Origin: Fimbriosthenelais zetlandica
Lineage: Eukaryota
DNA length: 64,000 bases
Direction of reading: 5' to 3'
Assembly: GCA_977030845.1 (NCBI GenBank)
Contig: OZ365113.1
Location: 33,666,001-33,730,000, forward strand
Part shown: positions 25,029-38,059 of the stretch, one piece after another
How positions within the stretch are numbered: the first letter of the stretch is position 1
How the letters are laid out: each line of letters begins with the position of its first letter
Made by a program: the position numbers and the translations under genes
Notes under the pieces: generated by a model
Seen by the model: only the letters and a program-made list of their open reading frames with translations
Told to the model about the DNA's origin: nothing
The model's database searches: none

Positions 25029-27299
25029 TTACAAAATCAGGAAGAGCAGAACCAGGAGGGAGAAGGGAATGACCGACGGAGAGCAATTCAAGGGAAACTT
25101 CTGGCAGGAAGAGAAGCAATGTTCAGCAGTAAAGAGCGAAGAGGTGAAAGAAGGTCTAAGTGGGGCACAAAAGACGACTACCTCTGCAGGCGCCGATCTT
25201 TGATGTCTTTTCCTTGTCTCAAATTTCTCACCGAAGAAAATAACACCCTCGGCTCAATTCCTACTCCGGTATGCCTTTACAAAGAAGCAGTTCTCAAACC
25301 TAAAGGGACCAAGCGCTTATTTGTCCATTTTCGATCGGCTTCCCAAAATACCATCTTGATGCTTTGAGGATGTGAATGGGTTGAAATGGGATTTAAATCT
25401 GTGGTGGGAAAAGTGGGTAAAGTGCTGCTATAAGGGATCAAAGAGGCAGCCTAAAGGAAGATGGGCGCGTTTTACTAAGGCGTATAAATGATACATGACT
25501 CTGAAAGGAAACATTAGCAGCATATTGATGGGCTGCCATGCATTAAGACCTATATATTATTCTACAAAGATGTATGACACATCTGTAACACTGGCTTCAG
25601 ATCAATCAAGCATTGCAGAAGCCACAGCCCAATAAATCATTTTAAGGTCATATCAAGGCACATAATGACTATTATGGGTGTCAATATGTAAGCTGTATTT
25701 CATACAATGCATGTAATTCAGTGCCCATTATTTCGATTCAGATAAAGTCTATCAAAATATATACTGTAATGGTTGTGGGGTAACCTGCATGGAGACCAGG
25801 ACATAAATCCTGAGTTATCTGAATTGAGAAATAATTACTCAAAAAATAGCCAACCAAAACCTTATCGTCAGAACCGGAAATGTGGCCTTGTCAGAAATCT
25901 GACGGAAAATAGGCAAATAAATGAATAAATCTGCACAATGAAAATAAAATGAATTCCACACCATTTTGCAACAGGCTGAAACAGCATTACATTTTAGAGT
26001 GATATGTGAAGCATCGGGAGATCCAGGAGCAAGGCATTAGTATATATAGGGCTGCGAGCAGTAGGTGAGCTACTCAGAGCAATCCTTCATGTAGGAGAGC
26101 GGATCTGTCAGTGAACTAGTCCCGTGGGGAGGAGAGAGAGCCAGCAGGCAATACGACATGGGGCCTGATCTGTGGCTGATCTCTGACCGATTTGAAAGGA
26201 CGAGTGATGCTGCATGGTCCCGAGCAATAAAAACCTGCTTGATCCCAGCTCGCCCTAACAATCATCACTTCTTATGGTATATCTATCACAGGCACTCAGC
26301 TCACAATGAGGTAGGAGATGGGCTGTGGGCACTGACGGTCCCAGGATCAAAGGGGAGCACAGCTGAACATAGCAATGCTGTTTGGGGGCTTTTATCATTC
26401 CCAATATATCTCACAGAAGGTGTCCTATTTTAAAATGGGTTCATTCTGAAAAAAGTGCTGCTAGCATCAGAGAATGAGGTCAATCACCAATTTGTTCAGG
26501 GGATATGATAAGAATATTTCAATATTCAGTTATATTAATATTGCACTATTCAATTAAATATATTATTCAATTCATGACCCAAAAGATCTGCAAAAACGGT
26601 CATGAACGAAACAAACAACAGCAGAAAATCCAGAAGTTCCTGAGAGAATCTTTTGTTCATTATAATAAGGACACAGGAGTAAGATGCTCCGGTCATGATT
26701 GGCGTAAGATGAGAGAAGTCATCCACGGTGGATGGCATGACTTGAGATGATCAGATCCTCGACTATTGATTGTTCTCCAACACTCGCCACTTCCCGCTCT
26801 TCTGTAAGGAAGGTGTAAGACGATGTAGCATGATGATGGAGCATGGCTTGGCGTGTCTGACTTGACCAAAGGCTTTATACTCTCTTGTAAGGATTGATCA
26901 GACTCATTATAAGATGGTTCTCTCTCCCCCCGTGAATGCAGGGGCCTGGCAAGATGGTAAGCCATTCAAGTGGTACTCCAAGGTGAAGGGAATGTTTGTC
27001 GGGTGAATGCCGAACGAAAATGGGGCTCCTTAACACCTCATGAGCAGCAGAATCGACACATAGGTCTGTTAACTATTGCGAGTACAAACTAATAATGATA
27101 CGGACTTATATGTATACGATGCCAATGCATCTATTTTGAGGTCAAGCTTCATTAAAATATAGATCCAATTGGAAACATTTGCCTTAATGCTAAACTGGAT
27201 TTTCAGCTGCAACAACATTGCAACACTCACAACAGAAAAGAACCTCAGAGGACTTTGGGCAACGTGCAACATAGCTTTCTCTCTGGGAGAAATCGGGAG

Positions 27300-28900
27300 A
27301 GCTTCACTGTTGAACAAATCAGAGAGTGCAATGAGAGACTAGACCAGAAAAATACAGATCTGCTGACTCTCTTTGGTCTTGACGTTATTGATTAACATGC
27401 CTCGGGTGTTATCCCACTCGGGGATGAACCACTTGGGGACTGTGTTCTCTGCTCTCTCTAAATATTCTATAATCTTTCCTAAGATCAAGAGGATAGGGCC
27501 AGGTTCAATCTGATTCCATTTGGATTACTTGAGACGCCGAGATAAGCTTTGGGGTGGATTACCGAAAGAAGCACAAAATCCAACTTCCCCAATGGGAGAT
27601 CCAATTCCTGACATTTTCTACGCTTTCTGCGCTCGAGTTAACATAAACTGCGATGCAAGACCTGGAAGAGATCTTTATAGGGAATACCCCCTCTTTTATT
27701 CTTTGCACGTTTAGAAAGCAGACTAATCTTGATTTATTACAACCTTGATGACATTTGGGATGTCTTCAACTTTCAAAGTCAACCATGCACTTTTAACGTT
27801 CCATTTTCCATCAGAACCATTGCGGGTGGACATTTCAAATTGCTGCCTCTCCCGGAGGAGACTTAGCAGCAATTCAAGTGAAATGCCTATCTTGATTCCG
27901 AATCGTCCTTCATTACTGGTCGGTTCAATCTGGCCATCTTGAATGGCTGCGGCTAAATCATGTGACTTGGACTGAGGGCTCGGCACTTAATGGCAGTAAG
28001 ATGGCTGATTGGTTGGATGTCTTTCCCGGTCAGTAGATGGGTCAAGATGGTGAATTCTGGACATTATACTGGCTGCAGTAATAGAGGCCAGCAATGGTTA
28101 CCCTGACAGCTCATTTCACCACCATTTTCCACCAACTCAATTATAGCAAATAAGTCCACCATTCGGCCAGGCCTTAATTGGTGTCTTTTGTAATAAGACT
28201 GGCCTGAAGACACGCTATATTGGATTCCGACCCGGTAAAAAGCACTTTAAGCACGTGCTCACCAATATTTTAGCTAAGGGCACGTGGCTGCCCACAATGT
28301 CACTGCTTCTGGTTAGTATTCCAACCAAACAGTCATCAGATAAATTGTAATTCGGTTTGCACTTCCACTCCAAGAAGTAATTCCAGCAGCAGCCACATTT
28401 TTAACATGATGCCCTCACTTGAAGTCTTCTATACAATATCCAGAACGTTATGTCTCACTTGGACAAACAAAAAGGGGACCATAAATCTACCCTATGTTCG
28501 TCTCTAAGATCTGACTGTTTCAATATACACTGGCATTTTAAGTGCAAAGAGGGACTTTCATAACCAAAATCTATCTTAGAGAATATACTCCAAATCCCAC
28601 TGGGGAATAGACTGGCTAGTTTTATGGTATGAATGGACCGATTCAATGAACCAAATGGAGAATATATACTGGGATTTCTTCAGACAAATCCCGACAAAGT
28701 CTTGCTCACCATGGCTTCAGTATACATGTATATGTATACCTCTAGTTGGCCCATTTTGAGTGGCATGTCGTCCCGGTATAAGAGAGACATAACAGCCTGC
28801 CTGGCGTGGAGGAATCGATATATGAGTGTGTACAACAGCCTGGTTGTTCTTTCTCTTTCTGTTCTATTTGTCCCTTAACTGACATTCTACAAGCATCCAG
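27300..28900 (+). mobile_element. Decayed CR1/L2-like LINE ORF2 (endonuclease end plus RT)
   Basis: DLLTLFGL...LGDCVL (about 27355-27460) resembles the APE motif. DNA aattatagcaaataagt (28139-28155) is an NYRPIS codon string missing one base, followed by IGFRPGK (28219-28239). Several same-frame ORF-track segments cluster here on both strands. Confidence 0.5.
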
Positions 28901-29254
28901 TCACAAAGGACATCTCCGTTGTCGTACTTTTTTAGTTTTCCTATCATATTCTTGAGGGAGAAATAACATAAATTTCATAGTAATTCCTTGCTGCACAAAC
29001 TAGAACTGCATTGGAAAAAGTGGCACAGTCTGGATAGTTATGGAGTTGCCATTCTAATGGCATGGGGGTTCTGTGGACAAAAGAAATAACTGTACTGGGT
29101 GAGACACTTTCTCTAAATGCATAGCTCATGTAAAAATTCTCCATCATTAAGCCTTTCCCAATGCCCAAATAATGGGCCTCATCTGGGCAACCATTATTCT
29201 ATTATAGCCTCGATGCGCTCTTGAATTCCCACATGTAAATGAAGTCACTTCGCC

Positions 29255-29600
29255 CCGCTCGGAACACCAGGGGGTGTTTCGCTGTATTTGCGCCTGGCCC
29301 GTAGAAAACAGCAATATATGCTAATGTAATCCAACAGGGATGAGTTATGAATCAGCTGCGTTTTGTGGAAACTTGACCACTAGCGATGAACAAGGCCGAG
29401 TCAAGTTGATTAGATTAGCCAAATCGAGAGGGCGTGTTCATGGTGTGTGATGCGGCCCTAGTGAGTCATTTTCCATGCCAGGTGGGGCCCCCGCTCCCAG
29501 AGGGCTTTGCAAAAGAGAAGCTTCACTGACTTCCGGTGAAGTGGAGCGGGATTGGATGTGACGCCGAACTTGTCACTTACATAAGGGCATAACTAGTGGC
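29255..29600. promoter_or_regulatory. CpG-rich candidate regulatory element
   Basis: CTCF-like AACACCAGGGGGTGTT 29263-29278, AP-1 TGAGTCA 29462, ETS ACTTCCGGT 29529, GATTGG 29550. Confidence 0.35.
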
Positions 29601-32600
29601 GCTAGAATGAAGTCAAATAATCTAATCAGGGTGAGGGAAAGTCAACAAAGATCAAGGGGTTAATTATCTCTTAACGAGGCTTGGCGTGGAGGGGAGTGAC
29701 CAGGTCAGAGAGAAGGTCAGACGCAAGTGACAAAGGATCCAAGACACAACCGACGGAGGGGGTCTCAACTTCCCTAATACCGAAATGTTCTTATGGTCAA
29801 TAATCCGCCTTCAGCAGCCTGCTGGAAGGTCAAATTAAGCTTTAAACCAAAATCCCTATACTAGAGAAAGACAATAAAGAAAGGCAAGACAGATTGTCAA
29901 AGTCACATTGAAGATATTGTGCCTGACATAATTTTGCCAGTCAAGATTGTGTATTGTTATTTTTATACCAAGATCCAATAATATATAACACCATTGTATA
30001 TGAATGTATGTATATCTAAGACATAGGTATCACAATCCTTCCATTACTTTACTGTAATCCTATTCATCATGCAGTGGATTCAAGTTCCAAATAAGAACCC
30101 GCGAGACAAGGCATTCCCATTAGATCGATTGGTGTAAAATGTGTGTATCCACTCCCATGACATTTCTTCAATATATAGTAGTAGCCTACACTACCGGTGA
30201 GAATACAAATCTGGCTTCTGTAGTTAGACTCAATTACTGCATGCTGAAGTCTATATTGTAAGGAAATATGGACTTTATGTGAGAGCAATAGCTGAATGCA
30301 TTTTTATATTTAAACCAACGATGGTCAAATAACAGTGTTCGTTATAAATGTGTCTTTAAATTTAGAACTTTTGGAGAGATGAGAGATATTGTGGGCTTTT
30401 GGAGGGGATAAAAGGACACGCTAGGTTTCAGAAATAGCAACAGAGAGTAGGAACAAAAGAAGAATCTGATTCATGTGGAAAGAGAAAAATGTTGATGAAT
30501 TTGCCATTTACCTTCACTGAAAGCGGTGATAATAAGTTTAAATCCTCTCCCTTTAGGTCCACTGGCGTCGGTTCTGGAGAGAACAAAAAGAGAAAGGGTT
30601 GGTTAATGAAATGAAGATCATTAATTAGAACATGACCTAATTTACAAACACCCAGAAAGTGTATGCCTACTGGAGACAGATAGGTGGAGGTTGGTCGGAG
30701 ATTTCACAGGCCCAGGATAAATTATTTAAGGATCGAATAACATCGCAGGGAACCGAGGGATCAAAAGAAATATTCATTTCAATTCCCGCTTCAAAAGAAC
30801 GACTCAATTTTGATCCATTTCTTGGGTTCGTGCCGAAACGCAACTTTTGATATCGGCTTCGCGTGACAACTGATTGCTGCCTTTTGTTCTTTTTATCAAA
30901 GGAAGTATTAAATTCAGTTCCGAATCCTTTACCTTCTGTGGGGAGGCAAATAATGGATATTTTCTTTTTAAAAACCATCCATATTGTCTACACTAAAGCT
31001 GTAGAAAGAAGGAGGGCATGTCACTTGATATTTGGTTGCATGGAATGGGACCTTTGTTGATTAATTCCATTTTTTATTCTTCCTTCCCCTCCTGCTTCAA
31101 TCAATAAAGCCCTTTTAATTAATCAGTATATAAAGGCAGGGAAAGCATGCAATTACACGGCAAGCCTTGACTTATCCTCCTTTCTTATCAGCTAGACTTG
31201 AGATTTACGGTTTTAATTTGCTTTAATACATTATAATTTCTGAGGTAAAACATCAGAGACATGACCTTGAGTACTACATGTACTTAGATATAAGAAATGT
31301 TCCTAGCTTTTATGATCTGCACTTTGAAACAGCCTATGTCTTGAAGAGAAAAGCGACATTTGACCTCGAAATTATTCATGATAAAATGTGTTAAAAGCGA
31401 ATCTTCATAATGAAACATCTTCAGCAACTAATGGGCATATATATAAGATGAAGGCATTATACTATGGAATGACTGAAAGCTGGTGTTATACAAGCATCAC
31501 ACATCAAGCCATCAAAGGACATTACATAAGATGTTGCTTCCTTTCATCCCTGGATAGCCTGTAATGCTGCAGCCAAGCCTGGCGGGCCGGGCGTTCATTA
31601 ACATTAATTAATTGGCCAGTGTTCTGGTGATATTCTGGTGGTGGGGAGACATGCCACGGATGAGCAGGAGCGGCATGAAAGATTCACTTAATCGGAGTGA
31701 ATGGGGAAAAAGCGGACGGGAAGTATTAAAGGATCCCTGGATGGACTCTGTCAAATCACAGCTTGAATGAAGCACTTTTCTTGGGAGTACACTGAGAAGT
31801 GGTGCGATTCTCCCAGAGTAATCAGCCGAAGGTACTTTCTAAAAGTGCATCAGAGAGGATTGAGTGTAATCCAGGTGATGTGAAGGTGATCAATAATTTA
31901 ATTTCTAATGTTGGAATTAAAATGCTTTTAGGTGGATTTATAATTGGTTCACTGCTTGGTTCGAAGTACATGTACAAGGTGCATCCAGCAAGCGATATGA
32001 GTGAAAGTACACAGGGAAAAAAGCCCATTTCCTTATACTACTTCGAGATGCCATCTACCTATACTACTTACAAATACTTAATATACCAAAATACCAAGCC
32101 TTTACCAAGAGTTTCTTATAATACTGTTTTCATAGCTATATCATTTACTTTTTCCTTGATGATCTTTTTCTTTTGAGGATATTTTTTCTCCAGTATCTGT
32201 AGTACAGTTTCCTCTTTGCATGATACCCACATTCTATGACCAATTTCCCTACACTACTCACAACAAGGATACATGAACGGGTGGAATTAGGTAGGCCTAA
32301 CATAAATTCAGAATCTCCTTATGACAAATTTAAATATCGTCAACTACCAAGAAGGATTTTGCATGATTGTAACTCTAAAAACAAGACCCCTGAGGGGGAA
32401 AAAGCAAGTTATTAATAAACATAATAATGATCTTATTTAAGTCCTCAGGATAGCCACAATTTGAGGGACGTATTTGCTGAGTCATTATCTGATTTTTATG
32501 CACTGGCATGACAAGTACCTGTTAGGCCTAGTAGCGGCCCCTAGCGGACTAGAGGGGGGTTAAAGGTCAACCCCTGACATCACACCTTCCCAGGAGGCCA

Positions 32601-33312
32601 GGCCTAGATGTTTAGAAAATCCCAGAGGCTATCAGAAATCCATTTAAGGAGTCTTCAAATTTCCACCTCGGATCGGATTTCTCAGATATGGGGATCGGCT
32701 TTAAATGGGAAAACGCTTGGATTACAGTTATGAAATTCAATTATCAGCTTAAAATGCGCCCAAGGCGGGTCATGTGATGCTCGTTAAGTGCAATAAATTA
32801 ATGAAATTATGAGGGAAAGGGAAATCAAGCAGGCCGTCCGGACCTAGTACCCTATAATTATTATTACCAAAGGTGTAAAAATATTATGCGATGCGATTAT
32901 ATGATCAAATATTTGTGATACATTGATTATTAGAGTTAAAGAATTCAAAGGCAATCCAGTGCTCTCCCCCTGACTCACCCACTCACCACCCTCAGAGAGA
33001 GGGACCCAGCTGAGAAAAAAAGCTGCAGGCATGAGTCCCAATCCAACCAAATGGTGAATGCGTGTAAAAGGCACAATGACCTTATTCAAAAATTATCCCA
33101 GTCCCAAATAATCCATACCCACACACTCAGCAAATTGGTGCTCATGAATTGATATTAATGGTTGATTCTTAAGCCTCACACACACTAGGCGTTGCTAGCT
33201 TCATGACAATGCCTCGACCATTTAGCTTCAGCAACCTGTACATCATAGACATTCCTATAAGTGCCTTCCCAGTCAGCTTTTACAGGACAAAGCAATTACT
33301 GGTGTAATTACA

Positions 33313-33339
33313 GCATAATGAGCATAATGAGCATAATGA
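33313..33339. repeat. GCATAATGA x3 perfect repeat
   Basis: Three identical 9-bp units. Confidence 0.9.
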
Positions 33340-35760
33340 GGCGCGCCCGCGGGGCCATCTGGCGGCTATTTTATACTGACTTGCCAGCAGCTCGGTCAGT
33401 GGTCGGGGATGAGCACTAGGCCAACCACTGACACATTCCATAAAGACAAAATGACATGTTCATTAACTGATTTCTCTCTCATCCCATCTTGACAGTGGGA
33501 GGAGGGGCCTAATTGACAGACACAGTGAACAATAGGCGGTTTGTGGCATACAATACACCTGACATGGATGGCTAATGACCCATGGTTATATAATCAACTG
33601 TCAGATTAAATGTATACATAGAGTCAACTGCATCTCAACCCTGTGGTCAGCTATAAGTGACTAAACAGTCCAATATAAATCGAATACAAGTCCCAGTACC
33701 GGTAATAAGAAATCATTTGAGCGATAATCGGGGTTTTCCCATAGACTTCCATGATAAGCGGCATCAATTTTCATTTGCCTCTGGTATCAAGACCAATAAG
33801 ATGAGAGACTAATTGTCTTTTGCATTCAACATACTGTACAAATAATTATATGTTTCTGCTGATAATTAAAAGGAAAAATTGCATTTGATTCGCTCAATTT
33901 TCATTGAACTGTCATTTATCCATTTAAGGATCAGAGTCAGTACATGGGAGATGGAGCTTTCAGGGGGAGACGTTTTATGAAGGTCGCCAGGTTCTAATAA
34001 TAGATGTATCCATCAGACTTAACCTGACCAGAGAGGAAGGATCTGGTCTGAAAGGATTGATGGTTAATGAGTTAGCTGAATTAATCATCGACTTTCTCTC
34101 CTTTGATGCAAACTTAAAGACAGTCAGGTCATTTACACATTTATTTTGATGGAAATGCCTTCAAGGCTTCTGAAAAGTTCGTACGATTGATGATGTAAGG
34201 CGTATCTTCAAATATTCTGAGAAAAAAAATCCAATTTTATGCCACAAACAGGCATGGATACTGAATATATTATACAAGAAATACAAGGACGATATCACAG
34301 TCAATGACATCTTCACTTGCCTAAGTGGAAATTGTTATATGAACTGTAGACCTATGCCATAATATCATAGACATCTATCTACGAACTTTCGAATTAATTA
34401 ATGCAAGGAGGGACAAATTAGAAATAGTGTCATATTTGTCATTTTTCACGGGAAGGATTGACGTCAATCCAAATTCCTTGCAGAACAGATATCAGATTCC
34501 CTCATCCAGATAGCAAAGGTCAGAGTAATCATTATGGCGGAGATACTATTCCAGTCATCCCATGAAGGTTCTCCTCAGATGGGAATCTTCTACCTCTAAG
34601 TAGTGTAGTACTGTTCACGTCAGATTAGGGTGTGCCTTTGACAGCAGTAATTACTGAAGGTGAAGCCTATGATTCGAGGCAGCAGCAAGGATTATCTTGA
34701 GTGGATCAGCAAATACCAAGTTTCTCCAAGCCACTTAAAAACCTGTAATTACAAAGCTGCATCTGGCAACTTTCTATAGTCAGGTGCAGCAGCCACAGGC
34801 CGCCTCATGAAAGCAGCTCGGTGCAGTACAAACAAAACCACCGACAGACAAATTGTCACTGGGTTATTGCTGGTTAATACCAAGGAAAACCGGAAAAACT
34901 ACCAATGAATACTTATGAAATCAAAAACGTTTATTCAAAGATAATACCTCCAAGTTTCCAGGGAGATCAACATAAATGTTTAAGGAACAATTCCTGTCAA
35001 AACTAATCAGAATTAATTTCCCAGTGTACTCTTTTTGTTTAATTAGAGCAATTAAATGTTGTAGCTTCAATAGAGGAGCTTTGGGGGGATCGCTGTCAGA
35101 GGCAGACAACCATTGGCTCCGTGGCTGTTTGGTCTGCTACTCCCTTGAGGGAATAAAGGGGAGAGAGGGTGGGCTAGATCTGCTTCCCTTCCCTTCCCCA
35201 GCACCCCGGGGGTATGGAAGCTTGAGGGGAGACTGTCTGGGGGTCGGTTGGGGGAAGGGTAGAATCTGATGGCCGTCTCTGAGCCTCTCACTAATTGATT
35301 GTGGAGCACAAGTCACATTGAACAATTACCACGTCAAACGCAGATCGCTTCACAATCTAACGCGAGAAAGAGAAGCAGGCTGAGAAATCCTTGGGGGAGA
35401 ATTAGATGTCAAGAATGACTCAAAGAAGGAAGAGACTTGGAATGAAATCCCAGGGCAATGCTTCGCTACTAATGTCATTAGTGTTCTACTTTCAACTTAA
35501 ATTCTTATCAGGCACATGTTGGACTGCATTATCAGAGACTAGAAGCAAGTCCCTAGGCCTATAGGAGAACACAATGCATCCGCACCACTAATTGCCACAA
35601 TCGTCGACAGTGAATATTAAAGTGGATTTTTTCATGAATTTCTCACACACTTGCTTATATGGTCTGTATGGTTTCCATTCCTGACAGGGGAAATCTGACA
35701 AGATGCATTTGAAGGACATCTTGGCTCCCATCCCTTTACCACAGAATCTCAATCATTAAT

Positions 35761-35967
35761 GGGGTAGCTCTGCTGGGGTTCTTTTGCATTGCGAGTGTTG
35801 CGAGTTTGTTGCAGCTAGGCCTTTTGGCCGACTTTTCTATGGCCTCATCTGCCATATCTGCCACTCCACTCGCAAATATATCCAATATAGGTACCCTTCA
35901 CAAATAGCAAGCCTCTGCTACTGCTACACTTGAGACAGATGTGGCAAAAAGGCAGTGGAGCTACGCC
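35761..35967. mobile_element. MITE family A, copy 3
   Basis: Ends GGGGTAGCTCTGCTGG ... CAGTGGAGCTACGCC; same internal blocks as copies 1 and 2. Confidence 0.8.
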
Positions 35968-36179
35968 ATAAAGTCCGGAATTCGAACCAAAAAAAGGTTA
36001 ATCAGATAAAGAAACCCCAACCTCATCCACATCAACCTGACAATGCCTATCACGACTTAAGATGGTACTCAATACAAGCCTGCCATGACCCACTAAATTA
36101 CAGCCTGGATAAGACTGACAATGCCTTCTTATAAAGAAGCCCGGCTTGTAAGGCCAGCACATGGCAATTACAACCCCTG

Positions 36180-36420
36180 TCAGCGTCACGCTTCATTAAA
36201 CACCGGCGGTCATGGAAGCATGAAGTCAACCGGAGCCGAAACATGATTATTCCATTGCGACACCCACCACACACGACTTACGGCAGTGGCGGTGACGTCA
36301 AGATGCGCTCTGGCGGAAAGAAAATGAAACAACTATATTTTAGCCTTGGTCGCTAATGGCGCCGCTACAAATAAACAAAGGTCCATATCCGGGCAGTGGA
36401 TAGAATGACAAAAGCATTTT
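36180..36420. promoter_or_regulatory. CpG-rich candidate promoter or first-exon region
   Basis: Locally high CpG; full CRE TGACGTCA 36293-36300; strong minus-strand donor GCC|gtaagtc at 36281. Confidence 0.35.
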
Positions 36421-37698
36421 TAGAACGAGACATGCTATAAACGAGCTGTTTCTGTCCAATTTAACACAAAGATGCGATTGTTCACGAATTACGAGGCGCT
36501 AACTGACAGAGAGGCGCTGGTTTTGGAGGGAGGAACAAAAAAGATGAGGTTAAAAAACAGGAAGAGATTAGCCTAGGCAGGAAATCTGTAGGGATCAGCC
36601 AGGATTCCCAGAACTTAAATCTCAGCAGATTTAAAATATTAAAAAGGCACTTAAAAAGAGAGACAGCTGTTAGCCTAGAGAATGAAGGGGTGAAGGTAAA
36701 AACTGGCTCCTATGATTCCCTGCACACGCCTCCATTGACAAGTAGGCGAGGCAGATTGAGAGACATGTATTAATTATCTTGATTAAAGTTGAACTCGAGT
36801 TAACCTTTCAACTTTATAGGATCAAAAAGCCACACAACAGGCATGTTAATTATCCTAGCGGTTTAGATGCCTGTATTCTCAATAATCCTAGCTGTAACAT
36901 CACAGGATGCTGGGGGATTATCTTCCCTTGCACGTAGACAGCATGCAAACTGGCTTGACCTCTGAAGTTTCTTTTTGCCATCAAAGACAGTAGTGAGATC
37001 AGGAAAGTACATCTTTGATTTGGGAGAATGGCCTGGGGAAAGATTCCATGAGAGCTGCTGTGTTTTACACAGGATTCTCTGAGTACATGAGTCATGCCTG
37101 CTGGAGAAGGAAGGAGATGGTGAACGAGGAATAGATCATCCCCCTGGCCTATATATAGTCCAACCTTGGTATCATAAGCTCTATAAGGCCCATTTACATT
37201 GTTAGCAATAGTACATTTCCTAACAGAAATGATTTATGGATGGATAATACTCATTTAATAAGCCACTTTTTACAATATTGTCTAAGCATTAATATTATAT
37301 TTCAGATATCTAACTGGGAGTTCTGAACCCCGAAAAAAAACTAGCAAGATTAAAAATACAACATCTTAATGGAGCAACCTGTTAAACCTGCACAGTTCAA
37401 ACTAGTGGGAGCAACCATAGCAGGGGGTGGCAATGTGCCCTCATTCCATCAGATTTTTCCCCAATTCCCATAGGCACTCAGAGAATGCTCCATTTGTAGC
37501 GTTTCCGGATTAGCCTATTGTGACCGTCGCAGACCGCACAGTCGCCCGCGGCTGGGCGCGACTCGAGCCTCCAGCGACAGTCGCTCTCCACATTTTTTCC
37601 ATCATGACCGCCTTCCGGATGATCCGGATCGACCAATGAAGGGGTTTAATTACAGGGAGATTACTCCAGTGAGTCATAGTATGGAGGTGACCGTGGAG

Positions 37699-37746
37699 GG
37701 GGTAAGAGATTCCCGGGGTAAGAGATTCCCGGGGTAAGAGATTCCC
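37699..37746. repeat. GGGGTAAGAGATTCCC x3 perfect repeat
   Basis: Three identical 16-bp units. Confidence 0.95.
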
Positions 37747-37849
37747 ACGCTCCAACAGTCACAGACGTGGAGAGACGTAGAGTGACACGACCCTGGCACG
37801 TTCACACCTGACGTGTGTGAAAGGCACAGTGGTGGTCCACAATTAATAA

Positions 37850-38059
37850 GGCTCCACTCCACTGCTGCGATTTTGCATCCGATATTACTGCGACAAATGA
37901 GATACTTGTGTCGCCATGAAATTGTGGTTGAAATGTTCAAGGCCTTTAAGGCTGTCCTCCACTGGTACATTTCTCATTGGGACACATACATCACCAGTAC
38001 TACTATCACCTTTGTAGGATAAGTGTCGCTAGAACAATCGCAGCAGTGGAGTCCAGGCT
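37850..38059. mobile_element. MITE family B (PIF/Harbinger-like)
   Basis: TIR core ACTCCACTGCTGCGATT / AATCGCAGCAGTGGAGT, flanked by TAA and TTA; interior tactgcgacaaa..tacttgt resembles the other family B copies. Confidence 0.75.

Noticed and set aside
27408-27524. Minus-strand peptide SKWNQIEPGPILLILGKIIEYLERAENTVPKWFIPEWDN resembling the Mab-21/cGAS-like C-terminus, within several same-frame ORF segments (27069-29168)
   Set aside because: The upstream Mab-21 motifs are absent. The plus strand of the same interval carries APE and RT motifs in the correct order, so an antisense coincidence over a LINE relic is more parsimonious. A profile search would settle it.
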